Positions 49,611-58,811 of a DNA stretch of 64,000 nucleotides are shown piece by piece. Origin of the DNA: an uncultured Gammaproteobacteria bacterium (lineage in GTDB: Bacteria; Pseudomonadota; Gammaproteobacteria; DRLM01); NCBI GenBank assembly GCA_963729605.1, contig CAVSNY010000006.1, positions 288,001 to 352,000 of the forward strand, written 5' to 3'. The notes under the pieces are model-generated. The model was given only the letters and a program-made list of their open reading frames with translations, was not told where the DNA came from and made no database searches. Position 1 is the first letter of the stretch. Every line of letters begins with the position of its first letter. The position numbers and the translations under genes were made by a program.

Positions 49611-50933
49611 TTGCCAGACGCCAAAAAAGATCAACAGTTCGTCAACTGGTTTCGCCACTCTTCACCCTACATCAACGCCTTTCGCGGGCGCACTTTCGTC
49701 ATCACCTTCGGCGGCGAGGCGGTGGCGGACCACCATTTCGCCAGCCTGATCCACGACATCGCCTTGCTCAACAGCCTGGGCGTGCGGCTGGTGCTGGTGC
49801 ACGGCGCGCGGCCGCAGATCGAACAACGCTTGAACGAACGGGGCGCGGACATCCGTTATGTGAACGGGTTGCGGGTCACCGACGCCACCGCGCTGGCCTG
49901 CGTGAAAGAGGCGGTGGGCACGCTGCGGGTGGAGATCGAGGCCCTGCTGTCGATGGGCCTCGCCAATTCGCCGATGGCCGGCGCGCGTATCCGCGTCAGT
50001 TCGGGCAACGCGGTCACCGCCAAACCGGTGGGGGTGCGTGACGGGGTGGATTACTGCCACACCGGCGAGGTACGGCGCATCGACGCCGAGGCGATTCGCC
50101 AGCAGCTCAACGAGGGCGGACTGGTGTTGCTGTCGCCGCTGGGTTACTCGCCGACCGGTGAAGTCTTCAATCTCACCGCTACCGAAGTCGCCACCGCCAC
50201 CGCGGTGGCTTTGAAGGCCGACAAACTGATCAGCCTCATCGAAGCGCCCGGTGTCGCCGGGCCGCGCAAACGCCTGCTCCGCCAACTCACCCTGCCCGAG
50301 GCGAAACGGGTGCTGGCGCAGCCGGGCGTATTCAGCGAAGAGGTATTTACCCATTTGCAAAGCGCGTTGCGCGCCTGCCAGAACGGCGTGCGGCGCGCCC
50401 ATCTGCTGGACCGCCACATCGACGGCGGACTGCTGCTGGAACTGTTCACCCGCGACGGCATCGGCACCATGATCACCGCCGATATCTATGAAGGCACCCG
50501 CCGCGCCACCATCGACGACATCGGCGGCCTGCTGGAGCTGATCGCGCCCTTGGAAGCGGCGGGAATATTGGTGCCGCGCTCACGGGAACGGCTCGAGATC
50601 GATATCGAGCACTTCACCGTGGTGGAACGTGACGGGACCATCATCGCCTGCGCGGGCTTTTATCCCTTCATCGAAAAGAAGGCGGCGGAAATCGCCTGTT
50701 TCGTGGTCCATCCGGATTATCAAGATCTGGGGTACGGCTCGGCCTTGCTCGAACAACTGGAGACCGAGGCGCAATTGTTGAACATCACCCGGATATTCGT
50801 ACTCACCACCCGCACCTCCCATTGGTTCCGCGAACGCGGCTTCGCGCCGGGCAGCTTGCAGGATCTGCCGGTGGCGCGGCGGCGCTTGTACAACTACCAA
50901 CGCAATTCTAAGATTTACGTGAAGACGCTGTAA
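49611..50933 (+). CDS. argA: Amino-acid N-acetyltransferase
   Basis: WFRHSSPYINAFRG, VHGARPQI, ELFTRDGIGT, GNAT domain ending YNYQRNSK. Confidence 0.95.
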   Translation: MPDAKKDQQFVNWFRHSSPYINAFRGRTFVITFGGEAVADHHFASLIHDIALLNSLGVRLVLVHGARPQIEQRLNERGADIRYVNGLRVTDATALACVKEAVGTLRVEIEALLSMGLANSPMAGARIRVSSGNAVTAKPVGVRDGVDYCHTGEVRRIDAEAIRQQLNEGGLVLLSPLGYSPTGEVFNLTATEVATATAVALKADKLISLIEAPGVAGPRKRLLRQLTLPEAKRVLAQPGVFSEEVFTHLQSALRACQNGVRRAHLLDRHIDGGLLLELFTRDGIGTMITADIYEGTRRATIDDIGGLLELIAPLEAAGILVPRSRERLEIDIEHFTVVERDGTIIACAGFYPFIEKKAAEIACFVVHPDYQDLGYGSALLEQLETEAQLLNITRIFVLTTRTSHWFRERGFAPGSLQDLPVARRRLYNYQRNSKIYVKTL

Positions 50934-51054
50934 GGACGCGGGTGGTTTTTCCGAGGACTTCGCACAATACACGTTTGCGGCTTCGCGCCCGCCAGAAACA
51001 TCCGCGGGCTCCGCGGGATTAAACGCGACGGTATGATGGGTGTAAATCCGACAC

Positions 51055-51086
51055 AAAATAAAAGGGCCAGGCATCCGCCCTGGCCC
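51055..51086 (-). terminator. Rho-independent terminator of the candidate ncRNA
   Basis: Minus strand GGGCCAGG-GCGGATG-CCTGGCCC-TTTTATTTT. Confidence 0.8.
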
Positions 51087-51333
51087 CGGTTCATGCCCCG
51101 ATGGGGGCACTTGGTTTGACCCATCGACTGATGGGTGACTAGGTGGACTTGCCTGTCCTAAGGACCATCTCCCACGAACCCGCCGTTGCCCGCCGCACCA
51201 ACCACAACACCCCGACGATCATTGTCTTGGGTTGATCGGGCCGCCGGTCACAACCGTCCGTTTCAAACGTCCTCCTTGTCAAGTGAACAGAGCAACGTCC
51301 CTGATTCCACACCCACGCTGATCAGCGAGGTGT
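51055..51333 (-). ncRNA. Candidate structured small RNA (~280 nt), family unassigned
   Basis: Own promoter (TTGACC-17-TAAACC), several hairpins, repeated GGA motifs, terminal intrinsic terminator, no long ORF. Confidence 0.6.
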
Positions 51334-51339
51334 TCTTAA

Positions 51340-51368
51340 GGTTTAGTAGACGATGGACAAAGGGTCAA
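51340..51368 (-). promoter_or_regulatory. Sigma70-like promoter of the candidate ncRNA
   Basis: TTGACC (51368-51363), 17 nt spacer, TAAACC (51345-51340). Confidence 0.55.
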
Positions 51369-51404
51369 GTCTGGGGGAAATCCCAATAGGATCGGGCGCG
51401 GAAT

Positions 51405-53675
51405 TTATTTGCCCGCCCGCACCAGGCCGCCCAGCCCGGCGTCCACCAAGGCGCGCTCGAGGTGCAGGCGGACCGTGTCGGCCCCTTCGCAGGCCAGGGC
51501 AACCGACAGCAGTTCACGGGCGCGTTGCTGAGTAAAATTGCGCAATACCCACTTCACCCGCGGCAGACTGGCCACGCTCATGCTGAGATTGTCCACCCCC
51601 ATGCCCAGCAGCAAAATCGCCGCCACCGGATCGCCCGCCATTTCACCGCAGATGCCCACCGGTTTGGCTTGAGCGTGGCCGGCGGTCACCACGTCTTGTA
51701 TGGCCTGCAACACCGCCGGATGCAATGCGTCGTACAAGCCGGCGACGCGGGAGTTGTTGCGATCCACCGCCAGCAGATATTGGGTAAGGTCGTTGCTGCC
51801 GATGGAGAGAAAATCCACCCGCCGGGCGATGGCCTCGGCTTGATAGACCGCCGAAGGCACTTCCACCATGACGCCTAGCGGCGGCATGACTACGTTCTCA
51901 CCTTTCTCGCGCAATTCGCGGTAGGCGCGTTCCACCAGCCGTTTGGCTTCATCCACTTCGGCGAGTTGGCTGACCATCGGCAACAACAGGCGCAGATTGT
52001 CGAGGCCCGCGCTGGCGTGCAGCATGGCGCGCAGCTGCACCATGAAAATTTCCGGATGATCGAGGGTGATGCGGATGCCGCGCCAACCGAGAAACGGATT
52101 GTCTTCGGTGATGGGAAAATACGACAGCGGCTTGTCACCGCCCACATCCAGGGTGCGCAACACCACCGGCCGCGGCGCGAAGGCCTCCAGCACTTGGCGA
52201 TAGATCCGCCGCTGTTCCTCTTCGCCGGGAAAACGATCGCGGATCATGAAGGGAAATTCGGTGCGGTACAAACCGATGCCTTCCGCGCCGTTGGCCAGCG
52301 AGGTCGAGACATCGGAGATCAAACCGGAATTGACGTACAAGGGCAGGCGCACGCCGTCGGGGGTCTCGGCGGGCAGGTCGCGCAAGTCCTGCAAACCGGC
52401 CACCAGCTCCGCTTCCTCGCGGGCCAGCCGGGTGTATTCGCTGCGCACCGCCTCGGACGGGTTCATGTAAACCCGGCCGCGATAACCGTCGACGATCAAC
52501 GCCCGCCCGTCCATGCGCCCCACCGGCAGATCGTCGGCACCCACCACCGACGGCACGCCCATCGCCCGCGCCAGAATCGCCACGTGGGAGGAACGCGAAC
52601 CGCTGGCGGACACCACCGCCACCAACCGTTCGCGCGGCACCTCCGCCAGCATGGTGGCGGTGATCTCCTCGCCGACCAGGATGGTCCGTTCGGGATAAGG
52701 CGGCGCCTTGCGCCGGCCCGCGCTCTGTAGACAGACCAATATTCGCCGGCCGAGGTCACGGATGTCGCCGGCCCGTTCGCGCAGGTAAGGTTCGTCCATG
52801 TCCTCGAACACCCGGGCGTGTTCATGGACGGTGTCGCGCAAGGCGCCGGAGGCCCAATTGCCGGCGCGGATGCGTTCCAGCACTTTGTCGACCAGGCTGC
52901 CGCTGCTCAGCATCAAGCCGTAGGCGTCGAACAAGGCCAGTTCTTCGGCGCTGAGGTGCAGGCTGAGCCGCTCGCCCCAGGTTTGAATCTCGCCCTGCAC
53001 CATGCCCACCGCGGTTTTGAAGGCGATGATTTCGGCATCGACGTCGGTGATCTTGCGATCGGGCACCGCGTCCAGATCCGCGGGCGGATAGATGACCATC
53101 GCCGTGCCGATGCCCACCCCCGGCGCGCCGGCCAAGCCATCGACCACGCCGCCGTCGAACGCGGTACCGCCATCACCCACCGGACCGATGCCGCCGCTCG
53201 CTTCGGCATGAGCGAGGGCGCCGGCCAGCTGCGCGGCCATGGTCACCAGAAACGCCACCTCGTCCTCGGCGAATTTGCGGCGCTCGCGCTGCCGCACCAC
53301 CAGCACGCCGAGCAGCTTGCGGTGATGAATGATGGGGACACCGAGAAAGGCGTGGTAATACTCCTCGCCGGTCTCGGCGACGAAGCGGTAGCGGGGATGA
53401 TCGGGGGCGTTGTCGAGGTTGAGCGGTTCGGCGGCGTCGGCCACCACGCTCACCACACCCTCGCCCATGGCCAGCGATACCCGGCCCACCGCGGCGGGAT
53501 TCAAACCGTCGGTGGCCATCAGGACGTGGCGGCGCTGGGTGTAATCGGCGAGATACACGGAACACACGTCGGCGGCCATGGCCTGTTTGACGCGTTTTAC
53601 GATGATGGCGAGGGCTTGCTCGAGATTACGGGCACTGGCGACTTCTTGAACGATGCGCCGCAAAACGTCGAGCAC
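51405..53675 (-). CDS. ptsP: Phosphoenolpyruvate-protein phosphotransferase EI-Ntr (GAF domain)
   Basis: N-terminal GAF, SHVAILAR, GLYRTEF, RTLDVGGDK, GSNDLTQY, CGEMAGD. Confidence 0.96.
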   Translation of the reverse strand: MLDVLRRIVQEVASARNLEQALAIIVKRVKQAMAADVCSVYLADYTQRRHVLMATDGLNPAAVGRVSLAMGEGVVSVVADAAEPLNLDNAPDHPRYRFVAETGEEYYHAFLGVPIIHHRKLLGVLVVRQRERRKFAEDEVAFLVTMAAQLAGALAHAEASGGIGPVGDGGTAFDGGVVDGLAGAPGVGIGTAMVIYPPADLDAVPDRKITDVDAEIIAFKTAVGMVQGEIQTWGERLSLHLSAEELALFDAYGLMLSSGSLVDKVLERIRAGNWASGALRDTVHEHARVFEDMDEPYLRERAGDIRDLGRRILVCLQSAGRRKAPPYPERTILVGEEITATMLAEVPRERLVAVVSASGSRSSHVAILARAMGVPSVVGADDLPVGRMDGRALIVDGYRGRVYMNPSEAVRSEYTRLAREEAELVAGLQDLRDLPAETPDGVRLPLYVNSGLISDVSTSLANGAEGIGLYRTEFPFMIRDRFPGEEEQRRIYRQVLEAFAPRPVVLRTLDVGGDKPLSYFPITEDNPFLGWRGIRITLDHPEIFMVQLRAMLHASAGLDNLRLLLPMVSQLAEVDEAKRLVERAYRELREKGENVVMPPLGVMVEVPSAVYQAEAIARRVDFLSIGSNDLTQYLLAVDRNNSRVAGLYDALHPAVLQAIQDVVTAGHAQAKPVGICGEMAGDPVAAILLLGMGVDNLSMSVASLPRVKWVLRNFTQQRARELLSVALACEGADTVRLHLERALVDAGLGGLVRAGK

Positions 53676-53700
53676 TGGATTTTATCTCCGCGGAATAAAA

Positions 53701-54234
53701 TCAACGCGGCAGCGCGTCATAACCCGTCTCTGTCGCCGCCAAGTCCGGCGCATCTCCAATATGCCGCCTCAGCAAGGGCGCCAGCTCGCGCAGGGCGCGG
53801 GTGTAGACCCGCCGCTTGAACGGCACCACGTTGCGCACCGGATACCAGTAGCTCACCCATCGCCAGTGATCGAACTCCGGCCGCTCGCTGAGATTCAAGC
53901 AGACATCGCTGTCGTCGGCGGCCAGCCGCAGCAGATACCACACCTGCTTCTGGCCGATGCACACCGGCTTGTCGTGATGGCGGATCAAACGGCTGGGCAG
54001 GCGATAACGCAACCAGCCGCGGGTATTGCCCATCACTTCAACGTGCTCGGGCAATAAACCCAGCTCTTCATTCAGCTCGCGGTACAAGGCCTCTTCGGGG
54101 GTCTCTTCGCAGCGGATGCCACCCTGCGGGAACTGCCATGCGTCCTGGCCGATGCGGCGCGCCCACAATAGGCGGCCGCGATCATTGCTGAGAATGATCC
54201 CGACATTCGGCCTATATCCTTCTAGGTCAATCAC
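53701..54234 (-). CDS. rppH: RNA pyrophosphohydrolase
   Basis: [24 protein letters not shown] Nudix box, IGQKQ, PEFDHW; upstream of ptsP. Confidence 0.96.
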   Translation of the reverse strand: MIDLEGYRPNVGIILSNDRGRLLWARRIGQDAWQFPQGGIRCEETPEEALYRELNEELGLLPEHVEVMGNTRGWLRYRLPSRLIRHHDKPVCIGQKQVWYLLRLAADDSDVCLNLSERPEFDHWRWVSYWYPVRNVVPFKRRVYTRALRELAPLLRRHIGDAPDLAATETGYDALPR

Positions 54235-54405
54235 TTGAGATGGATGTCTCGAATTTTAATACCTCAATTCTTTCACAAAACAACGACATCCTGCAAATCG
54301 AAAAAATAGCTGGCGCGGCGGTAACCGCTCACGGGTAAGAATTTACCTTTGCCGGCACAACTTCTATGCTTGGCCCTTTTTTGCACGACAAAGAAGGCTG
54401 GAGCC

Positions 54406-55059
54406 GTGACATTAGCCATTTTCGATTTGGACAATACCCTGCTGGGCGGGGACAGCGACTACCTGTGGGGCAACTATCTGGTGGAAAAAGGCCTGGTGGA
54501 CGGCGCCTATTATGAACGCGAGAACCAGCGTTTTTACGACGAATACCGGTCGGGCCGCCTCGACATCCATGAGTTTCTCGATTTCTCGCTCCGCCCGCTG
54601 GCGGAGACTCCCATCGCGCAATTGCGGGCCCTCCGCGAGCAATTCATGCGGGAGAAGATCGAGCCCATCATCCTCCCCGCCGCCCGCACATTATTGGACC
54701 ATCACCGGCAACGCGGCCACCTGTTGCTGATCATCACCGCCACCAACCAGTTCGTCACCGCCCCCATCGCCGCCGCGCTGGGGGTGGAACACCTGCTGGC
54801 CACCGATCCCGAGATGATCGACGGCCGCTACACCGGCCGGGTCGCGGGCACCCCCACCTTCCGCGAAGGCAAGGTGCAGCGGCTCACGGAATGGCTGCAA
54901 CGACACGGACACCACCTGGCGGACGCCTGGTTCTACAGCGACTCGCACAATGACCTGCCTTTGCTCGAACTGGTGACCAACCCGGTGGCGGTGGACCCGG
55001 ACGAGACGCTCCGCGTCCATGCCGAGGCCAAGGGCTGGCCCGTCATCAGTCTGCGATGA
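54406..55059 (+). CDS. HAD-IB family phosphatase (SerB/HisN-like)
   Basis: FDLDNTLL, ITATN, GK, YSDSHNDLP; GTG start after GGAG. Confidence 0.85.
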   Translation: MTLAIFDLDNTLLGGDSDYLWGNYLVEKGLVDGAYYERENQRFYDEYRSGRLDIHEFLDFSLRPLAETPIAQLRALREQFMREKIEPIILPAARTLLDHHRQRGHLLLIITATNQFVTAPIAAALGVEHLLATDPEMIDGRYTGRVAGTPTFREGKVQRLTEWLQRHGHHLADAWFYSDSHNDLPLLELVTNPVAVDPDETLRVHAEAKGWPVISLR

Positions 55060-56027
55060 TCCGGCCACAGCCACTGTTCCTCGGCCTCTTGTTGCTGAGC
55101 GGCGTCAGCCTCGCGGCGGCGCTGCTGATCGGCAGCGTCACCCTGAGTCCAAATACGGCGTGGGCGGTGTTGCAAGGCGGCGGCGATGACCTGCAACGGG
55201 CGGTGATCCTGGAATTGCGCTTGCCGCGCGCCCTCAGCGCCTTCGCGGTGGGCGGCCTGCTGGCCCTGGCCGGCGCCTTGATGCAGGTATTGCTGCGCAA
55301 TCCGCTGGCCGATCCCTACATCCTCGGCGTGTCGGGCGGCGCGGCGGTGTTCACGCTCACCGCCATGCTGCTCGGCGCCAGCGGCGCGCTGCTCAGCGGG
55401 GCCGCCTTCGGCGGCGCCTTGTTCACCATGCTGCTGGTGTTCGCCCTGGCGCGGGGGCAAGGCGGTTGGACGCCGGTGCGGCTGCTGCTCACCGGGGTGG
55501 TGATCGCCTCCGGCTGGGCGGCGCTGATCGGTTTCATACTCGCGGTGAGCCCGGACACCACCCTGCGCGGCATGCTGTTCTGGTTGATGGGCGACCTCGA
55601 ATTCTCGACGCGGCCTTACAGCGCCTGGGCGGTGCTGACCGCGGGACTGGCGGTGGCGCTGGTGCTGGCCCGCGACCTCAACGTGCTGGCGCGCGGCGAC
55701 TTGCAGGCCCGCGCGCTCGGCGTGCCGGTCGGCGTGCTGTTTCCTCTGCTGTACGTCGGCGCCTCGCTGCTCACCGCGGCGGCCGTCACCTTGGCCGGCA
55801 CGGTCGGCTTCATCGGCTTGATCGTGCCCCATCTGCTGCGCTTGGTGGCGGGCGGCGATCATCGCATTCTGCTCCCCGGCGCGGTGCTGCTGGGCGGCAG
55901 CCTGCTCACCGCCGCCGACACCCTGGCGCGCACGGTGATCGCCCCGCAGCAACTGCCGGTGGGCGTGATCACCGCCCTGCTCGGCGTGCCGGTGTTTCTC
56001 TATCTGCTCAACCGGAGGGGCGGATGA
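55056..56027 (+). CDS. FecCD/BtuC-family ABC transporter permease
   Basis: LRLPR, RNPLADPYILGVSGGA, FWLMG, GFIGLIVPH, LPVGVITALLG. Confidence 0.9.
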   Translation: MIRPQPLFLGLLLLSGVSLAAALLIGSVTLSPNTAWAVLQGGGDDLQRAVILELRLPRALSAFAVGGLLALAGALMQVLLRNPLADPYILGVSGGAAVFTLTAMLLGASGALLSGAAFGGALFTMLLVFALARGQGGWTPVRLLLTGVVIASGWAALIGFILAVSPDTTLRGMLFWLMGDLEFSTRPYSAWAVLTAGLAVALVLARDLNVLARGDLQARALGVPVGVLFPLLYVGASLLTAAAVTLAGTVGFIGLIVPHLLRLVAGGDHRILLPGAVLLGGSLLTAADTLARTVIAPQQLPVGVITALLGVPVFLYLLNRRGG

Positions 56028-56809
56028 GCCTGTTGCTGGAAACCCGCGGCCTCAAGGTCGGCATCGCCGGCAAGACCGTCTGCCGCGCCCTCGACCTGCG
56101 CATCGCCGCCGGTCAACGCTGGGCGGTGCTGGGTCCCAACGGCAGCGGCAAGACCACGTTGCTCCACACCCTGACCGGATTGCGCGCCGCCGACAGCGGC
56201 GAGATTCTGATTCAGAACCGGCCGCTCGCCGCCTGGCCCAGCCGGGAGTTGGCGCGGATCGTCGGCACCCTGCTGCAAAGCCAGGACGATCCCTTCTCCA
56301 GCACGGTGATCGAAACGGTTTTAATCGGCCGTCATCCCCATCTGCAACGCTGGCAATGGGAGAGTGCCGAAGACCGGCGGCGCGCGGTGGCCGCCTTGGC
56401 GGCGGTGGATTTGCAGGGATTCGACGCGCGGACGCTCGCCACCCTCTCCGGCGGCGAGCGGCGGCGGGTCGGCCTCGCCGCGGTGCTGTGTCAGGAACCG
56501 CTGCTGTTCGCCCTGGATGAGCCGACCAATCATCTCGACCTGCATCATCAAGTGAGTGTATTGAACCTGTTCGCGCAGCTGGCGCGGGAAAATTCGCGCG
56601 CGCTGCTGATGGTGCTGCACGACGTCACCAGCGCGGCGCATTACTGCGATCACGTGCTATTGGTTTATGGTGACGGCGAAGTGCAGGCGGGGCCGAGCGG
56701 GGAATTATTGAACGAAGAAAATTTACGGCGTCTGTACGGCCACCGCCTGTACCAACTACGCGGTCCCGACGGCGTGGCCTGGCTGCCGGCGATGACCCGG
56801 CAAAGTTAG
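56024..56809 (+). CDS. FecE/BtuD-family ABC transporter ATP-binding protein
   Basis: GPNGSGKTT, LSGGE, LDEPTNHLD, LHD; ATG 56024 overlaps permease stop. Confidence 0.9.
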   Translation: MSLLLETRGLKVGIAGKTVCRALDLRIAAGQRWAVLGPNGSGKTTLLHTLTGLRAADSGEILIQNRPLAAWPSRELARIVGTLLQSQDDPFSSTVIETVLIGRHPHLQRWQWESAEDRRRAVAALAAVDLQGFDARTLATLSGGERRRVGLAAVLCQEPLLFALDEPTNHLDLHHQVSVLNLFAQLARENSRALLMVLHDVTSAAHYCDHVLLVYGDGEVQAGPSGELLNEENLRRLYGHRLYQLRGPDGVAWLPAMTRQS

Positions 56810-56833
56810 AAAGCGAAGATCGGTCCGGCGGGC

Positions 56834-57871
56834 TTACAAGAAAGTATCCTTGTTCGCCGCTTTCGACGCGGCCTCTTGTTTGCCGACCACACCGCGGCGC
56901 ACCAGGTCTTGCAGGCATTGGTCGAGGGTCTGCATGCCGACGTTCTGACCGGTTTGAATGGCCGAATACATCTGGGGAATTTTCGCTTCGCGTATCAGAT
57001 TGCGGATGGCCGGCGTGCCGATCATGATCTCGTGCGCCGCGGCGCGGCCGCCGCCGATCTTCTTCAACAAGGTTTGCGAAATCACCGCCCGCAGCGATTC
57101 CGACAACATGGAACGCACCATCTCTTTTTCCGCGGCGGGAAACACGTCGACGATACGGTCGATGGTCTTGGCGGCGGAGCTGGTGTGCAGGGTGCCGAAC
57201 ACCAAGTGGCCGGTCTCGGCGGCGGTGAGCGCGAGGCGGATGGTCTCCGGGTCGCGCATTTCGCCGACTAGAATGATGTCCGGATCTTCGCGCAAGGCCG
57301 AACGCAGCGATTCGTTGAAACCGAGCGTGTCGCGATGCACCTCGCGCTGGTTGACCAGGCACTTCTTGCTGGTGTGCACGAATTCGATGGGGTCCTCGAT
57401 GGTGAGGATGTGGCCGAACTCGGTGTTGTTCTTGTAATCGACCATCGCCGCGAGGGTGGTGGATTTACCCGAACCGGTCGGTCCGGTCACCAGCACCAGG
57501 CCGCGCGGATTGTCGGCGATGGTTTTGAACACCGCCGGCGCGCCCAGTTCTTCCAATGACAAAATATTGGAAGGAATGGTGCGGAACACCCCGCCGACGC
57601 CGCGGTTGTGGTTGAACGCGTTGACGCGGAAGCGGGCGAGGCCGGGAATTTCGAAGGAGAAGTCAGTCTCGAGGAATTCCTCGAAATCCTTGCGCTGCTT
57701 GTCGTTCATGATGTCGTACATCATGGCGTGCACCGCCTTGTTGTCGAGGGGCGGCACGTTGATGCGCCGCACGTCGCCGTCGACGCGGATCATCGGCGGC
57801 AGGCCCGCGGACAAGTGCAAATCGGAGGCCGCGTTCTTGACGCTGAATGCGAGTAACTCGGCAATATCCAT
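56834..57871 (-). CDS. pilT: Type IV pilus retraction ATPase
   Basis: ASDLHLSAG, GPTGSGKST, EDPIE, GEMRD, TLHT, AIRNLIRE, GMQT. Confidence 0.97.
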   Translation of the reverse strand: MDIAELLAFSVKNAASDLHLSAGLPPMIRVDGDVRRINVPPLDNKAVHAMMYDIMNDKQRKDFEEFLETDFSFEIPGLARFRVNAFNHNRGVGGVFRTIPSNILSLEELGAPAVFKTIADNPRGLVLVTGPTGSGKSTTLAAMVDYKNNTEFGHILTIEDPIEFVHTSKKCLVNQREVHRDTLGFNESLRSALREDPDIILVGEMRDPETIRLALTAAETGHLVFGTLHTSSAAKTIDRIVDVFPAAEKEMVRSMLSESLRAVISQTLLKKIGGGRAAAHEIMIGTPAIRNLIREAKIPQMYSAIQTGQNVGMQTLDQCLQDLVRRGVVGKQEAASKAANKDTFL

Positions 57872-58014
57872 CGCTGATCTCCCTCATGCTGGATCGGTAC
57901 AACGTACGCCATCGGCAGAATAAACGCTTGCCTCCTTAGCGGCAGCCGGGCCGGGTTCTTGATACCATAGCACAGCGCCACGCGGCGCCCGTCGGTCTTG
58001 AATACATTCAACTC

Positions 58015-58731
58015 ATGAACGAAGCACAATATCAGCTCGAGGCCTTGCTCGCGGCGCGGCTCGCCGAGGTGCGGGCGCGCATCGCGGCGGCGGAACGGAC
58101 TTACGGCCGGCCGGCCGGCGCCGTCACCCTGCTCGCGGTCAGCAAGACCCAGCCGGTCGAGGCCGTCGCCGCCGCGTTCAAGGCCGGCCAGCACGAGTTC
58201 GGCGAAAGTTATCTGCAAGAGGCCCAACCCAAACTGAAAGCGCTCGGTACGGAAGACGTGACCTGGCATTTCACCGGAGCGCTGCAATCGAACAAGTCCG
58301 CCTGGATAGCTCAACATTTCGCCTGGGTGCACAGCGTCGATCGCCTGAAGATCGCCGAGCGGCTCAGCGCGCAACGGCCGCCGCACCTGCCCGCGCTCAA
58401 CGTCTGTATTCAAGTCAACGTGGGCGATGAGCCGCAGAAGGCCGGCATCGATCCGGGGCATTTGCCGGTATTGGCCCATGCCGTCGCCGCGTTGCCGCGC
58501 CTGCGCTTGCGCGGGTTGATGACGCTGCCCCCGGAGTCCGATGATTTCGCCACTCAGCGGCGGCACTTCCGCGCGCTGCGCGAGGCATGGCAGGCCTTGC
58601 GCGAACAAGGTCTGCCGCTGGACACCCTTTCTATGGGCATGTCGCAAGACCTGGAGGCGGCCATCGCCGAAGGCGCCTCTCTGGTACGGGTGGGCACCGC
58701 CCTGTTCGGCGCGCGGCCGCGCAAAACCTAA
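58015..58731 (+). CDS. yggS: PLP homeostasis protein
   Basis: LLAVSKT, FGESYLQE, LQSNK, LSMGMS, VRVGTALFG; divergent from pilT. Confidence 0.94.
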   Translation: MNEAQYQLEALLAARLAEVRARIAAAERTYGRPAGAVTLLAVSKTQPVEAVAAAFKAGQHEFGESYLQEAQPKLKALGTEDVTWHFTGALQSNKSAWIAQHFAWVHSVDRLKIAERLSAQRPPHLPALNVCIQVNVGDEPQKAGIDPGHLPVLAHAVAALPRLRLRGLMTLPPESDDFATQRRHFRALREAWQALREQGLPLDTLSMGMSQDLEAAIAEGASLVRVGTALFGARPRKT

Positions 58732-58811
58732 ATCGCCGATCGCGGACTACACTTGTGATAATCTTCGCTGATTATCAGCATGCCCATTACCACGATGAAA
58801 GCCCGGCTCCC

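Noticed and set aside
51055-51333. Assigning the candidate ncRNA as 6S RNA, tmRNA, RNase P or SRP RNA
   Set aside because: No long end-to-end 6S rod or zapA/ygfA context, no tRNA-like ends, and no RNase P or SRP signature motifs recognised; left unassigned
55466-56023. N-terminal extension making the ABC ATPase 447 aa
   Set aside because: Out-of-frame overlap with the permease; the real start is ATG 56024 at the ATGA junction
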